The notes under the pieces were generated by a model that was not told where the DNA came from, ran no database searches, and saw only the letters and a program-made list of their open reading frames with translations. From an uncultured Lewinella sp. (lineage in GTDB: Bacteria > Bacteroidota > Bacteroidia > Chitinophagales > Saprospiraceae): a DNA stretch of 64,000 bases. The stretch is from positions 4,149-68,148 of the forward strand of contig CALEDI010000108.1 in NCBI GenBank assembly GCA_937949535.1. Reading direction: 5' to 3'. Position 1 is the first letter of the stretch; each line of letters starts with the position of its first letter. Below, one piece after another: positions 18,731 to 31,277 of this stretch. The position numbers and the translations under genes were made by a program.

Positions 18731-21700
18731 CTACCCTTCTTCCTCCTTCAACCCAGCTAAAAACGCTACCAAATTCCGGATCTCCTGACGGGAGATCACC
18801 CCTTCAATGGAAGGCATGCTGGAGGGCAACGTCTCTTCCTCAGCAATGTCTTCCAGCGGAATTTTCCGGGTCTCCGTCTTACCGACTTTTACCTCCAAAT
18901 ACTCCGGCGTACGCGACAAGACCAAGCCCGAGAGCATTTCCTCGTTCGCAAGCGTAATGAGTACCGTCTCATGCCCGAGTGCAAGAGCCGCACTAGGGCG
19001 GATAACCGAAGTAAGTAGCTCACGCGGAGAAAGACGACTACCTACTCCGGAGAGGTTTGGCCCCACGTTGCCGCCATACTCGAAGATGGCGTGGCAGCGC
19101 GTACACTGGGCGGTCGCGTTCCAGTAGAAGGTGCCGTAACCGGCCCCGCTGTCTCCGCCAGCAAGCGCGGTAGACATCAGGCCGAGGTCGTCCGTTTTCA
19201 GTAATTCCGTTTCGTAGGCAGCGAGCTGGGCCTGAAGCGGCGCGTTTTCTTCGTGGGCCTCAACGGCCTCAACGAGGTCTAGGTGGATGGCCTCAGGCAG
19301 CTTGCCCGCAGCCATCTGGTCAATCAGCTCTCCGAGCAAGGCCTCGCCTTCGGCTCCCGGTAGCTTGGCCAAGCCAGCCAGCGCAGACTGCCCTTCGCCT
19401 TCGGTTCCGTTAGCAATGATGTCTCGGTAGAGCTTGGTGGCAGATGCAGGCTCGATAGTAGATGCAGGCAATAGTTCTAGGGCCCGACGACGTACCTGGT
19501 TGTCGCGGTCGTTGAGCGCAGCGCGGAGGAGTTTCTCCAGGTTCGGCGCCCGGAGGCGGTCTAGCGCGACGAGTGACTCGGCCCGCACGGCGAGGTCGCG
19601 GTCGCGGCCCATCAAGGCGGCCAATTGCTCGGTTACGGCCTCCAGCTTGAGGCCGGCGGAGGCGCGGATGGCAGCTTTGCGTACTTCGGCGTTGCCCTTG
19701 GCGATGAGGCCGGGGATGACCGCCCCCAGCTTTTCGGTTACGTAAACGGCGCTCTTCTTCCGCTGCCCACGGTAGCGGCCGTCTACGCGGTCAAACACCG
19801 ACGGGTCGGCCCAAGTACCAAGGGCCGCCAGCGCCTCGGCCCGCATCGCAGCGGGGTTGGTGGGCGTATTGACGTAAGCGATCAGCTCATTGGCCGAGCG
19901 GTCATTACCGACGTTGATGGCGGCGTTGATGGCCCTCCGGATGAGCGGCTCGCTCGTCCAAGCGCGGGCGTTGAGGGTGCTGGCCAGCGGCCACATGGCT
20001 CCGGGGATGGTGTAGTCGTCGTTGATGGCACGGGCTGCTTCGGCAACGACGTACTCGTCTTGGTCTTTGAGGAAAATCTTCACCTCGTCCGATTCCATGC
20101 GGCGGAGGGCGACGACGCCAAGCAGGCGGACATCGCGGGCGGGGTCGGTAGCGAGGTTGCGCATCGCAACCGCATCACCGATGCGGCCGAGGGCAACCAT
20201 GCCGCCGTGGCGGAGCCAGTTGTCTTTGCCGCCGTCTTCGCGCAGCATCGCGATGATGGGCTGCACGGCGGTCTTTTCTTCCGTCCGGCCCAAGGCCTCC
20301 ATTGCGAAGAAGCGAACGCGGGCGGAGGGATGGCCCAACAAACCGATCAGGGTTTCGGCGTGGCCTGCTTGCTTTAAGTCTCCGATCATTTTTGCGGCCT
20401 GGGCGATGATTTCTGGGTCGGCATCCAGCAGGAGCGTCGCGAAGGCGTCTCCGTTGCCCGCATACCCTCGGCGCAGCATCATGCTCATGCCCCAGATGGC
20501 GTGGATTCTGGCGAGTTGGCTTTCGGATTTGGCCGCTGCTTGCTGCAAAGCAGCAAACCCATTTCCTCCCCGTTCGGCAAGGCTAAACTGGGCTTTCTGG
20601 CGGATGCGTTGGTCTTGGTGGCCGAGTAGCTCAACCAAAGATGGCTCGGCGTTGCCGGTAAAGTCTGCGGCCAATAGGTCTTTGACTTCGTTCCGTAAAG
20701 CCTGCTCTGCACCTGCGTCCGCGCCCACATCCAATTTCCAGATGCGGCCTTCGTTTTTGGTGCCCCAACCGTTGATCCAGTCGCCAAAATAGAGCGCTCC
20801 TTCCGGGCCAAAATCGAGTCCGGTAGGCAGCAAGCCTTGTACAAGTGTATCGTGGTTGGCCAGCGCAAAACCCGCCCCGTTCGGCTCCATCCGGAAAGAA
20901 TGGATGGGTGAATTGCTCGGCGAGCCTCGGAATTCGGCCACAAAGAAATGGTCGTAATAATCGGGAGACAAGGCCGTTCCGGGGTTGTAAACGAGGCCCG
21001 TTGGCCCGTTCACGAAGTTCTGGATGGCGGGCAGGAAGTAAGCCGCTTGCTCGTCTTCATCGTTGCGCGGCAAGCCCATTTGTTCGTCCATCCAAACCTT
21101 GTAGCGGTTGTTCTTCTCGTCGGTGTACTTCCCAAACTGCCAGTTGATCCGCCAGCCCGTGTCGGAGCCGTCGATGAGGTAGACCAGCCGTTCGCGCTCG
21201 CCGGAGTGGTCGCCGTCGTTATCAACCGAGATGAGGTTGCCGTACTGGTCGAAGGCAAACTCGTGGGTATTGCGCACGCCGTGCGCAAAAACTTCGTAGT
21301 TGGAGCCGTCGGGGTCACACCGAACGACGACGCCCCGGTTGGGGTTTTTCCAGTTCTTGCCCTCTTGGTCGGTCACGTTGGAGCCGATGTCTCCGATGCC
21401 CCACCAAATGCGGCCCTGCGGGCCGACCGTAACACCACTCATGCCGTGGCCGCTAAAGCCGATGTGGACGGCGAAGCCGTGCGCTAAAGACTCGGTGCCG
21501 TCGGCAATTCCGTCCTTGTTTTTATCGGTCGTTTTCCAGAGGTCTGGCCCTACGGCGACGTAAACATCGCCGTTGTGGTACTCGATGCCGTTGGCTACGT
21601 CGGTGATTTCTTCGCCAAAATCTTCGAGGTAGCGTTGAGTGTAATCGGCTACGCCGTCTCCGGTTTTATCGGTCACCAACCAAACGTTTTCCTTCTCGAC

Positions 21701-22165
21701 GGTGAGGTCGCGCCAGTCGCGCACGCCGTCTTTGTTGAGGTCTTTGAGGTGGGCTTCAGATTGTTCAGAGCCTTCGGCGAAGGTCTCGCGCAAAAATGCG
21801 CGGCGGTCTTCGACGGTCTCGAACGAGATGGAAGCCACGACCCAGTCCATGTGGCCTCGGACGTCGAATTCGGAACTGGTTTGCCGCGAGGCGCGGGTGT
21901 AGAAGATGCGCCCGTCTGGAGCCACACTGATAGCGATTGGGTCTTGTACGATGGAATCTGCGGCCCAGAGGCTGAGTTCGAGGCCGTCCATTACTTCAAC
22001 GTTGGCCTCTTTTCTGATTTTGGCGGCTTCGGCAGCGGCGGTTTCAGGGTCTAGTGAGATAGACTTCGCCTCGTATTTGTTGACGACATCGGGGGCGCGG
22101 TCGCAGGTGCAAAGAAAGGCTATCAAGAGCAAGGCCAAGCCAGAACGGACGGAGAGGTTTTTCAT
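18731..22165 (-). CDS. PVC-type heme-binding protein: sorbosone-dehydrogenase-like beta-propeller + HEAT repeats + cytochrome c (CxxCH); probable lipoprotein
   Basis: GVRNTHEFAFD propeller motif, HEAT-like helical repeats, CTRCH...VGPNL...SSMP; signal peptide ending FLCTC. Confidence 0.85.
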   Translation of the reverse strand: MKNLSVRSGLALLLIAFLCTCDRAPDVVNKYEAKSISLDPETAAAEAAKIRKEANVEVMDGLELSLWAADSIVQDPIAISVAPDGRIFYTRASRQTSSEFDVRGHMDWVVASISFETVEDRRAFLRETFAEGSEQSEAHLKDLNKDGVRDWRDLTVEKENVWLVTDKTGDGVADYTQRYLEDFGEEITDVANGIEYHNGDVYVAVGPDLWKTTDKNKDGIADGTESLAHGFAVHIGFSGHGMSGVTVGPQGRIWWGIGDIGSNVTDQEGKNWKNPNRGVVVRCDPDGSNYEVFAHGVRNTHEFAFDQYGNLISVDNDGDHSGERERLVYLIDGSDTGWRINWQFGKYTDEKNNRYKVWMDEQMGLPRNDEDEQAAYFLPAIQNFVNGPTGLVYNPGTALSPDYYDHFFVAEFRGSPSNSPIHSFRMEPNGAGFALANHDTLVQGLLPTGLDFGPEGALYFGDWINGWGTKNEGRIWKLDVGADAGAEQALRNEVKDLLAADFTGNAEPSLVELLGHQDQRIRQKAQFSLAERGGNGFAALQQAAAKSESQLARIHAIWGMSMMLRRGYAGNGDAFATLLLDADPEIIAQAAKMIGDLKQAGHAETLIGLLGHPSARVRFFAMEALGRTEEKTAVQPIIAMLREDGGKDNWLRHGGMVALGRIGDAVAMRNLATDPARDVRLLGVVALRRMESDEVKIFLKDQDEYVVAEAARAINDDYTIPGAMWPLASTLNARAWTSEPLIRRAINAAINVGNDRSANELIAYVNTPTNPAAMRAEALAALGTWADPSVFDRVDGRYRGQRKKSAVYVTEKLGAVIPGLIAKGNAEVRKAAIRASAGLKLEAVTEQLAALMGRDRDLAVRAESLVALDRLRAPNLEKLLRAALNDRDNQVRRRALELLPASTIEPASATKLYRDIIANGTEGEGQSALAGLAKLPGAEGEALLGELIDQMAAGKLPEAIHLDLVEAVEAHEENAPLQAQLAAYETELLKTDDLGLMSTALAGGDSGAGYGTFYWNATAQCTRCHAIFEYGGNVGPNLSGVGSRLSPRELLTSVIRPSAALALGHETVLITLANEEMLSGLVLSRTPEYLEVKVGKTETRKIPLEDIAEEETLPSSMPSIEGVISRQEIRNLVAFLAGLKEEEG

Positions 22166-22250
22166 TTTCTTTCGACTTTAAATTTCAGCGAAAGATAATA
22201 CGTCCAAGCTGAACACTACTTATTCCTGTCTGTATACTTGCATCTTAAAC

Positions 22251-22286
22251 CTGAACACTGATTGCTGAAAGCTGATTGCTAAGCCT
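22251..22286. repeat. Heptamer tandem repeat (CTGATTG/CTGAAAG family)
   Basis: About 5 degenerate units; same family at 28642-28703 and 31151-31224. Confidence 0.6.
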
Positions 22287-22586
22287 CTAGCTCTTCTTCA
22301 CCCGCTGGGTGTGGATCACCTTATCGTTGGCGTCCTTCAGTTGTACGAGGTACATACCCTGGGGCAAGTCGGTGATGTCGTACTTCTTCTTCGCAGCAAA
22401 GTCGAAAGCTTTCACCTCACGCCCTACCATATTGATGACCAGAACATCTTTCACTCGGTCGCTGTGGCCGATCTCGAAGGTTGTGGTTACGGGGTTAGGG
22501 AAGATGCGGAGGTCTTCCGCCGGAGCTTGAGCAGACAGACAAAGGCTAAGGCTGAAAAAAAGGAAAGAGAGTAGAGCGTTCTTCAT
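22287..22586 (-). CDS. Small T9SS type A sorting-domain protein (signal peptide + CTD only)
   Basis: SAQ cleavage site, then IFPNP...NMVGR...LPQGMYLVQL...RVKKS. Confidence 0.85.
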   Translation of the reverse strand: MKNALLSFLFFSLSLCLSAQAPAEDLRIFPNPVTTTFEIGHSDRVKDVLVINMVGREVKAFDFAAKKKYDITDLPQGMYLVQLKDANDKVIHTQRVKKS

Positions 22587-22830
22587 GGTGGAGGTAGTTC
22601 AAATGTGGTTAGCGTATGGGTGAGCCAAGTCGTCTCACGACCTGATTTGCCCTTTCAACCCACCATGTTCGGCCCTGTGCACAAGAAGTTTGCGTTTTCT
22701 TGAAAAAAAATAACTTTCCTCCGTTTTTGGTGAAATTCAGTCAAAACCAACCTAATCCACCTCAATATTGATGTTTCACCCCATTCCAAGCACTTACTAA
22801 ATATAGTCATTAAAGATTCCCAACTCCCCC

Positions 22831-22887
22831 TTCCACACCTCCACACCTCCACACCTCCACACCTCCAACACCTCCAACACCTCCAAC
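22831..22887. repeat. Octamer/nonamer tandem repeat (CTCCACAC / CTCCAACAC)
   Basis: About 7 units read directly. Confidence 0.85.
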
Positions 22888-22951
22888 GAAAGCTATCGCG
22901 TAGCGATTATCCCTTTGATAACCCCGGACGTAGCGCCCGTCGCGTAGCGAC

Positions 22952-23343
22952 CAGCGGAGTCCGGGGGTCGGAAGGCCGGGGAGTTCAGAGGCTGGGGAGT
23001 CCGGGGGTCGGAAAGCTGGGAAGTTCAGAGGCTGGGAAGTCCGGAGGCCGGAGACCGGAGAGTCCAGAGGCCGGGGAGCAGGAGAGGACGGGGACCGGAG
23101 AGTCCAGAGGCCAGGGAGCTGGGGAGGCCGGAAGCAGGGGAGCTGGGGAGCCCAGAGACCGGAGAGCCCAGAGGCCGGGGAGCAGGAGAGGCCGGAAGCA
23201 GGGGAGCTGGGGAGCCCGGAGGCCAGGGAGCAGGAGAGCCCAGAGACCGGAGAGTCCGGAGGCCAGGGAGCAGGAGAGGCTGGAGCCCGGAGCGTCCGAA
23301 AGCCGAGGAGCCCAGAGCCCAGAAAGCCCAGACCCTCTGGAGG
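22952..23343. repeat. ~390-bp degenerate 8-nt purine-rich tandem array (CCGGAGAG / CCCAGAGG / CAGGAGAG / CTGGGGAG)
   Basis: Roughly 48 octamer units with higher-order blocks; lies past the katG terminator. Confidence 0.9.
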
Positions 23344-23350
23344 CATAAGA

Positions 23351-23383
23351 AAACCCCGCCATCCAAACAGAATGACGGGGTTC
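23351..23383 (-). terminator. Intrinsic terminator of katG
   Basis: AACCCCGCCAT...ATGACGGGGTT stem with a T-run on the minus strand. Confidence 0.7.
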
Positions 23384-23409
23384 ACCATAAAACCTAAAGT
23401 GGGAAAGCC

Positions 23410-26694
<3,285 letters not shown>

Positions 26695-26711
26695 GGGCTG
26701 CTGTTTTTTGG

Positions 26712-26785
26712 GGCGCGGCCGCAGGTACGAGCAAGGTTCAAGAACATTGCTCTCCAAAAACTTTCAATGCACCTGCGGCCGCGCC
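26712..26785. repeat. Inverted pair of family-A repeat between convergent oxyR and alkB-like genes
   Basis: GGCGCGGCCGCAGGTAC (26712-26728) and TGCACCTGCGGCCGCGCC (26768-26785). Confidence 0.85.
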
Positions 26786-26795
26786 AACTAAATCT

Positions 26796-27386
26796 TCAGT
26801 ATCCATAAGGCCGAAAAGTAAGGTTGATCCTACCGTTCTTATACTTAGGGTCTGTTGGTAGGGCGTGCTCATAGCGCTGCTGGCAACCATCTCCCATGAT
26901 GATCATGCTGCCTTCTTCGAGTAGTTGTTCGTAAACATCACCACTCGCTTTTTCCCGAAGTTGAAACACCCGCTCTTCGCCAAGACTTAGGGACGGAATG
27001 ACGTTGGTATCCCCAAAAGCGACGTAATCTGAGTGGAAATCCACACCAGAATTTCCGTCAGGATAGTAAATACAAACGCAGATGTGAAACGACCTCCCCG
27101 CCACGGCCTCCACTCTATCTCTAAGAGCCTTCAACCGTGGAGACCAAACCACACTCTTACCAAAACCGACCTCCGGAAGCGCATCCGTAGCTTTCAACTC
27201 CTCATCAATAAACATCAGCTTACCAAAGTCAGACTTCAGGCCCGGCGCAATCGTCAGCCTCTCTGAAGCAATGTCGTATTCCTCCAGCAGTTCACGGTAA
27301 ATAGCCTTCGCATCTTCGCCGGACAGAAAATTCCGGTAATAGCTCGCCTCGCAGTTCAGCGGTAAAGTCATGGTTGGTCTTAGCAT
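26796..27386 (-). CDS. AlkB-family 2OG-Fe(II) dioxygenase
   Basis: YPDGNSGVDFHSD, SLSLGEERVF, HALP, RINLTFR; start may be 27386 or 27371. Confidence 0.9.
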   Translation of the reverse strand: MLRPTMTLPLNCEASYYRNFLSGEDAKAIYRELLEEYDIASERLTIAPGLKSDFGKLMFIDEELKATDALPEVGFGKSVVWSPRLKALRDRVEAVAGRSFHICVCIYYPDGNSGVDFHSDYVAFGDTNVIPSLSLGEERVFQLREKASGDVYEQLLEEGSMIIMGDGCQQRYEHALPTDPKYKNGRINLTFRPYGY

Positions 27387-27493
27387 GGTGCAAATTAGCA
27401 AAAATTGTGCGCTTGACCATGCCATTTCGTTCTCCCCAAAACCAGTTCTTGCCCCAAAACGCCTTCCGTCTTGGCAGGACGACAAGCGATCCT

Positions 27494-28573
27494 TTACTGC
27501 ACGTCCGCAGTCTGCAGCACCTGCACCAACTCCTCCATCAACTCCCGCTTCTTGCGCCCTGGCGCAAGCACGAAACCATCTATCAGTACGAGTTGCTTGT
27601 GCGCCTCATCATTGATGAGGTACGAAACGAAGGGCCCGCCCAGGAAATCGTTCTCCATTTCCCAGATGCCCCGGCCTTCCAGCGCGTAGTGGCCATTAAG
27701 TTCGGTGGTACTCACGAAGAGCGGTAAGTCGCGGTCGTTTACCCGCATGAACGTACTGTCTAGCGAAGTACTGAGGTATTCCCGGCCGACTTGGTCACGG
27801 ATGGCTTTCAGGCCTGCTTTAGACAACTGAGATTGGTCCTCGTAGGGCACGCGGGTAGCCATGATGTTGAGGCTGCCTTTCTTGATCTCTTTTCGGAGCC
27901 AGGCGAAGTTGTCGGACTCAACGGGTACGAGGTCGTACCCGCCGGGAATATCCATCGTCGCGCCAGTCCGTTCTGCAACCCGTTCGCTGAGCATCCGGTT
28001 GATGCCTTGGAAGTAGGTCGTGATTTTGACGCGCTCGTTTTCTCGCTCAGCGATGCGTTTCACGACTGCGGGGTAGGCGGTGCTCATGCCCGCCAGCAAT
28101 TCGGCGTGGTTGCGCCCCATGAGGTAGATCAGTTGTTGGCCGGTGGCCCATTTGTTGCGAGCAACGGCGGTGCCGAAGCCTTCCTCTTTCACCTGTTGGA
28201 TTTTGGCGTCAGACAGGTCTTCGAGTACCATTTTAGTGGTGGGACTTTCCCGTTGGCTCAGGTCAGCCAGCACGACGTAGTTGCGCATTTGCTGCAGCGT
28301 CGGGTTTTCTTTCAGGCTGTAGGGTTCGATGTGGCGCACGTCGAAGATCGGCTCGGGCTGCGGCAAGATCAAGTAGGGCGACTCAAAGAAGAAGGCCACC
28401 GAATCTTGCGCACCGTCGAGCCACAAGGTACTGTCGGTCAGCACGTACAAGCTGTTGATCTTACCGAACGCAGCAGGCGTTGGGGTCAGGTTGCTCGTCA
28501 TCTCGGAGCCGCAGGAAAAGAGGCTAAGCCCCAGTAGCCCGGCAAGCAGGTAGTTCAGAAAGCGAAATTTCAT
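27494..28573 (-). CDS. DUF4837-like lipoprotein
   Basis: LFSC lipobox; LPQPEPIF; RGIWEMENDFLGGPFVSY; GFVLAP..KKR. Confidence 0.8.
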   Translation of the reverse strand: MKFRFLNYLLAGLLGLSLFSCGSEMTSNLTPTPAAFGKINSLYVLTDSTLWLDGAQDSVAFFFESPYLILPQPEPIFDVRHIEPYSLKENPTLQQMRNYVVLADLSQRESPTTKMVLEDLSDAKIQQVKEEGFGTAVARNKWATGQQLIYLMGRNHAELLAGMSTAYPAVVKRIAERENERVKITTYFQGINRMLSERVAERTGATMDIPGGYDLVPVESDNFAWLRKEIKKGSLNIMATRVPYEDQSQLSKAGLKAIRDQVGREYLSTSLDSTFMRVNDRDLPLFVSTTELNGHYALEGRGIWEMENDFLGGPFVSYLINDEAHKQLVLIDGFVLAPGRKKRELMEELVQVLQTADVQ

Positions 28574-28641
28574 ACAGTTAGGTTCTATTCAGTTACTGAA
28601 CAGATGATTAAACCGGTAGTTGTGGTGGGTGGCGGAGGAAG

Positions 28642-28703
28642 TTAGCGATTAGCGTTCAGCAATCAGCATTCAGGCTAAATTCTGATTGCTGATTGCTGAA
28701 ACC
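28642..28703. repeat. Inverted heptamer arrays (CAATCAG / CTGATTG) forming a hairpin
   Basis: TTCAGCAATCAGCATTCAG...CTGATTGCTGATTGCTGAA. Confidence 0.75.
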
Positions 28704-28709
28704 TAATTT

Positions 28710-29681
28710 CTAAAACAACGCCTCAATCACGTGCTCTTCCGTGATGCCTTCCGCTTCGGCTTTGTAGTTGCGGACGATGCGGTGGCGGAGCACGTACTTA
28801 GCGATGGCCTGCACGTCTTCTATGTCTGGGCTGTACTTGCCAGAGATGGCCGCGTGGCACTTGGCGCCGAGTACGAGGTACTGGCTTGCGCGGGGGCCTG
28901 CGCCCCAGCTGATGTAGTCGTTTACGTTGTCTGTAGCGCGGGGGGTGTTGGGGCGCGTCTTGGAGACGAGGCCAACGGCGTATTCCACCACGTTGTCGCT
29001 TACCGGAATTTTGCGGACCAGTTGCTGGAAGTAGACGATTTGCTCGCCGGTCAGGATGGTATTCAGGTCGGACTTGCTTACGCCGGTGGTGCCTTTCACT
29101 ACGGCGAGTTCTTGCTCGTAGGTGGGGTAATCCAGCGGGATGTTGAACATGAAGCGGTCAAGCTGGGCTTCGGGCAGGGGGTAGGTACCTTCCTGCTCGA
29201 TGGGGTTCTGGGTAGCGAGCACGAAGAAGGGGCTCGGTAGCAGGTGCCGAACACCGTTTACGGTTACGGACCGTTCCTGCATCGCCTCTAGCAGAGCGGC
29301 CTGCGTCTTGGGCGGTGTACGGTTGATCTCATCCGCGAGTACGATGTTGGCGAAGATGGGCCCTTGCGCGAAGTCGAACTTCTTCTGGTCGTTCAAGATT
29401 TCCGAGCCGGTGATGTCGGTCGGCATCAGGTCGGGCGTAAACTGGATGCGCTTGAAGTCGAGGTCCAGTACTTCAGAGATGGTAGATACGAGCAATGTCT
29501 TCGCCAGCCCCGGTACACCAACCAGCAAGGAGTGCCCGTTGGAAAACATGGAAATGAGGACGTTTTTCACTACGTCTTCTTGGCCTACGATCACTTTGCC
29601 GATCTCGGCGCGCAGGTCGTTGTAAGCTTTAGCTAATGCATCGACGGCTTCTACGTCGGACTTAAAATTTGGTTGTGCCAT
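28710..29681 (-). CDS. MoxR-family AAA+ ATPase
   Basis: GVPGLAKT, RIQFTPDLMPTD, DEINRTPPKTQAALLEAMQE, GTYPLPEAQLDRF. Confidence 0.95.
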   Translation of the reverse strand: MAQPNFKSDVEAVDALAKAYNDLRAEIGKVIVGQEDVVKNVLISMFSNGHSLLVGVPGLAKTLLVSTISEVLDLDFKRIQFTPDLMPTDITGSEILNDQKKFDFAQGPIFANIVLADEINRTPPKTQAALLEAMQERSVTVNGVRHLLPSPFFVLATQNPIEQEGTYPLPEAQLDRFMFNIPLDYPTYEQELAVVKGTTGVSKSDLNTILTGEQIVYFQQLVRKIPVSDNVVEYAVGLVSKTRPNTPRATDNVNDYISWGAGPRASQYLVLGAKCHAAISGKYSPDIEDVQAIAKYVLRHRIVRNYKAEAEGITEEHVIEALF

Positions 29682-29906
29682 GGGGGTTATTCGAATAAGA
29701 CTCCAAAAGTCGTTAAAATGCGGGACATGGACTAATTGTTGTTCACCGAATCAGGTTTTAGCGGTAAAGAAGTAAAGTATTTCCTTCATCCGTGGTTTCG
29801 TCACCTTTTCTTTGCACCTGCGTCCGCGCCGAATGAAGAGAAGATAAGGCGCGTCAAACTAGCTCCCGCCAGCAAAAACAACAACATAGTTGGGAATAAA
29901 CCCTGA

Positions 29907-29951
29907 CCCCCTTACTCCCTTACTCCCTTTACCCCCTTACTCCCTTACTCC
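29907..29951. repeat. Octamer tandem repeat CCCTTACT overlapping the stop codon of the VanX-like gene
   Basis: About 5 units; supplies the terminal GVRE* codons. Confidence 0.8.
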
Positions 29952-30680
29952 GCACGCCCAAACCCAATCGCTCAACACCAACCGAGGCCCACCAAAGTTG
30001 AAATGCCACCATTCCGTCCGGATCGTGAGGAAGCCGTGCTTGCGCATCGCGCCTTGAAAAAGTTTGCGGTTCGCCAGCACCGCTGCGGGCAGGTTTGTGG
30101 TAGTGGTGTAGGCCGCTTCGCCGAAGAAATCGTAGGTGGTTCCCATGTCCAGCTCCGCGCCGGTGTCTAGGCGCACGATGGTAAGGTCGGCGGCGGCTCC
30201 TCGGCTGTGCAGGCTGCCGCGTTTGGGGTTGGCGACGTAGCGCGGGTCGGGCAGCACGTCCCAGAGGCGTTGTTGGTAGGGGCCGGGGCGGTAGCAGTCG
30301 TACATTTTCAGGCCGAGGCCTTGGGGCTTCAGGTCTTGGTGGACCTTCAAGAGCGCGCGGGCTACCTGTGGGCGGTAAAAACAGCGGCCGCAGTCGTAGA
30401 TCACCTGTTCCATGAAGTTGTTGTCGGTCGCGTAGCGGATGTCTAACCGGATAGTAGAATCAAGACGGACCATCTCCGTCCACTGGCTCGTGTCGTAGTC
30501 ATAAACGGGCGCGGGCGGCGGCGGAGGAGGAGGCACCTCAATGGGAAAACCTGCCCCCAAATTAGCCGAGACTACTTGACTATCTGACTGCTTGACTGTC
30601 TGACTATCCAAGGCGCGGTCGCAGGTGCAAAGCAAGAAACCGATGGAGAGCAAGGCGAGGAAGAGGGTACGGTTGGGCAT
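29937..30680 (-). CDS. D-alanyl-D-alanine dipeptidase (M15D, VanX/DdpX-like), probable lipoprotein
   Basis: IRYATDNNF, YDCYRP, SLHSRGAAADLT, LDMGT.YD, EWWHF; start MPNRT 4 nt after TATCTTTG. Confidence 0.9.
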   Translation of the reverse strand: MPNRTLFLALLSIGFLLCTCDRALDSQTVKQSDSQVVSANLGAGFPIEVPPPPPPPAPVYDYDTSQWTEMVRLDSTIRLDIRYATDNNFMEQVIYDCGRCFYRPQVARALLKVHQDLKPQGLGLKMYDCYRPGPYQQRLWDVLPDPRYVANPKRGSLHSRGAAADLTIVRLDTGAELDMGTTYDFFGEAAYTTTTNLPAAVLANRKLFQGAMRKHGFLTIRTEWWHFNFGGPRLVLSDWVWACGVRE

Positions 30681-30804
30681 GTGGCAAAGATAGTTTTGCT
30701 GCAATTTAGTTGATGGGGTTAGGATTATTCGGATTTGGAGGATTTATAGGACTTTGATGATGTACTAGCTAGTGGAACTATGGTTCTTGGTTCGGTTGAG
30801 CACT

Positions 30805-31107
30805 TCACTTCTCGCCCCTCAGTTTAGGAATAAGACACATGCCAAGAAAGCAGAAAAGCCAAATTGCTCCATAAGTCATTCCACAGGTCTTCCAGAAACT
30901 CCATTTCGGGAACCAACTATCCTGACAGGCAAATAGAAGGGGGCCTGCTTGCAAGGCAAGAAGAAGTGCCCAACTAGAGACTGTCCAGAAGCCCTGAACA
31001 GTAAATTGCTCGTACAGTGGTAGATCGTTTTTATGGTGTCGCACAACACTAAGATAGTGTACTATTTCAATCTCGCAACTAGCAATTAAAAAGGTGTACA
31101 TAACCAA
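30805..31107 (-). CDS. Possible small membrane protein or gene remnant
   Basis: AT-rich ORF with two hydrophobic stretches; no family recognised; weak start. Confidence 0.3.
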   Translation of the reverse strand: MVMYTFLIASCEIEIVHYLSVVRHHKNDLPLYEQFTVQGFWTVSSWALLLALQAGPLLFACQDSWFPKWSFWKTCGMTYGAIWLFCFLGMCLIPKLRGEK

Positions 31108-31150
31108 TTGCAGGTCTACTATTATTCGCCCCGCTACATTCGGTAGAGTT

Positions 31151-31224
31151 ACTCAGCAATCAGCACTCAGATGTCTGAATGCAACAGCGGCAGCCTGAAT
31201 ACTGATTACTGACCGCTGATTGCT
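31151..31224. repeat. Inverted heptamer arrays (CAATCAG / CTGATTG family)
   Basis: CAGCAATCAGCACTCAG...CTGAATACTGATTACTGACCGCTGATTGCT. Confidence 0.7.
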
Positions 31225-31277
31225 CCTTTGGTGATTTGGTTGATCTATTGAGAAACCTGCAATCCGTTATGCACACC

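Noticed and set aside
22810-23388. Three overlapping Pro/Ser/Gly-rich ORFs
   Set aside because: Open only because the octamer array lacks stop codons; the start lies in the katG terminator.
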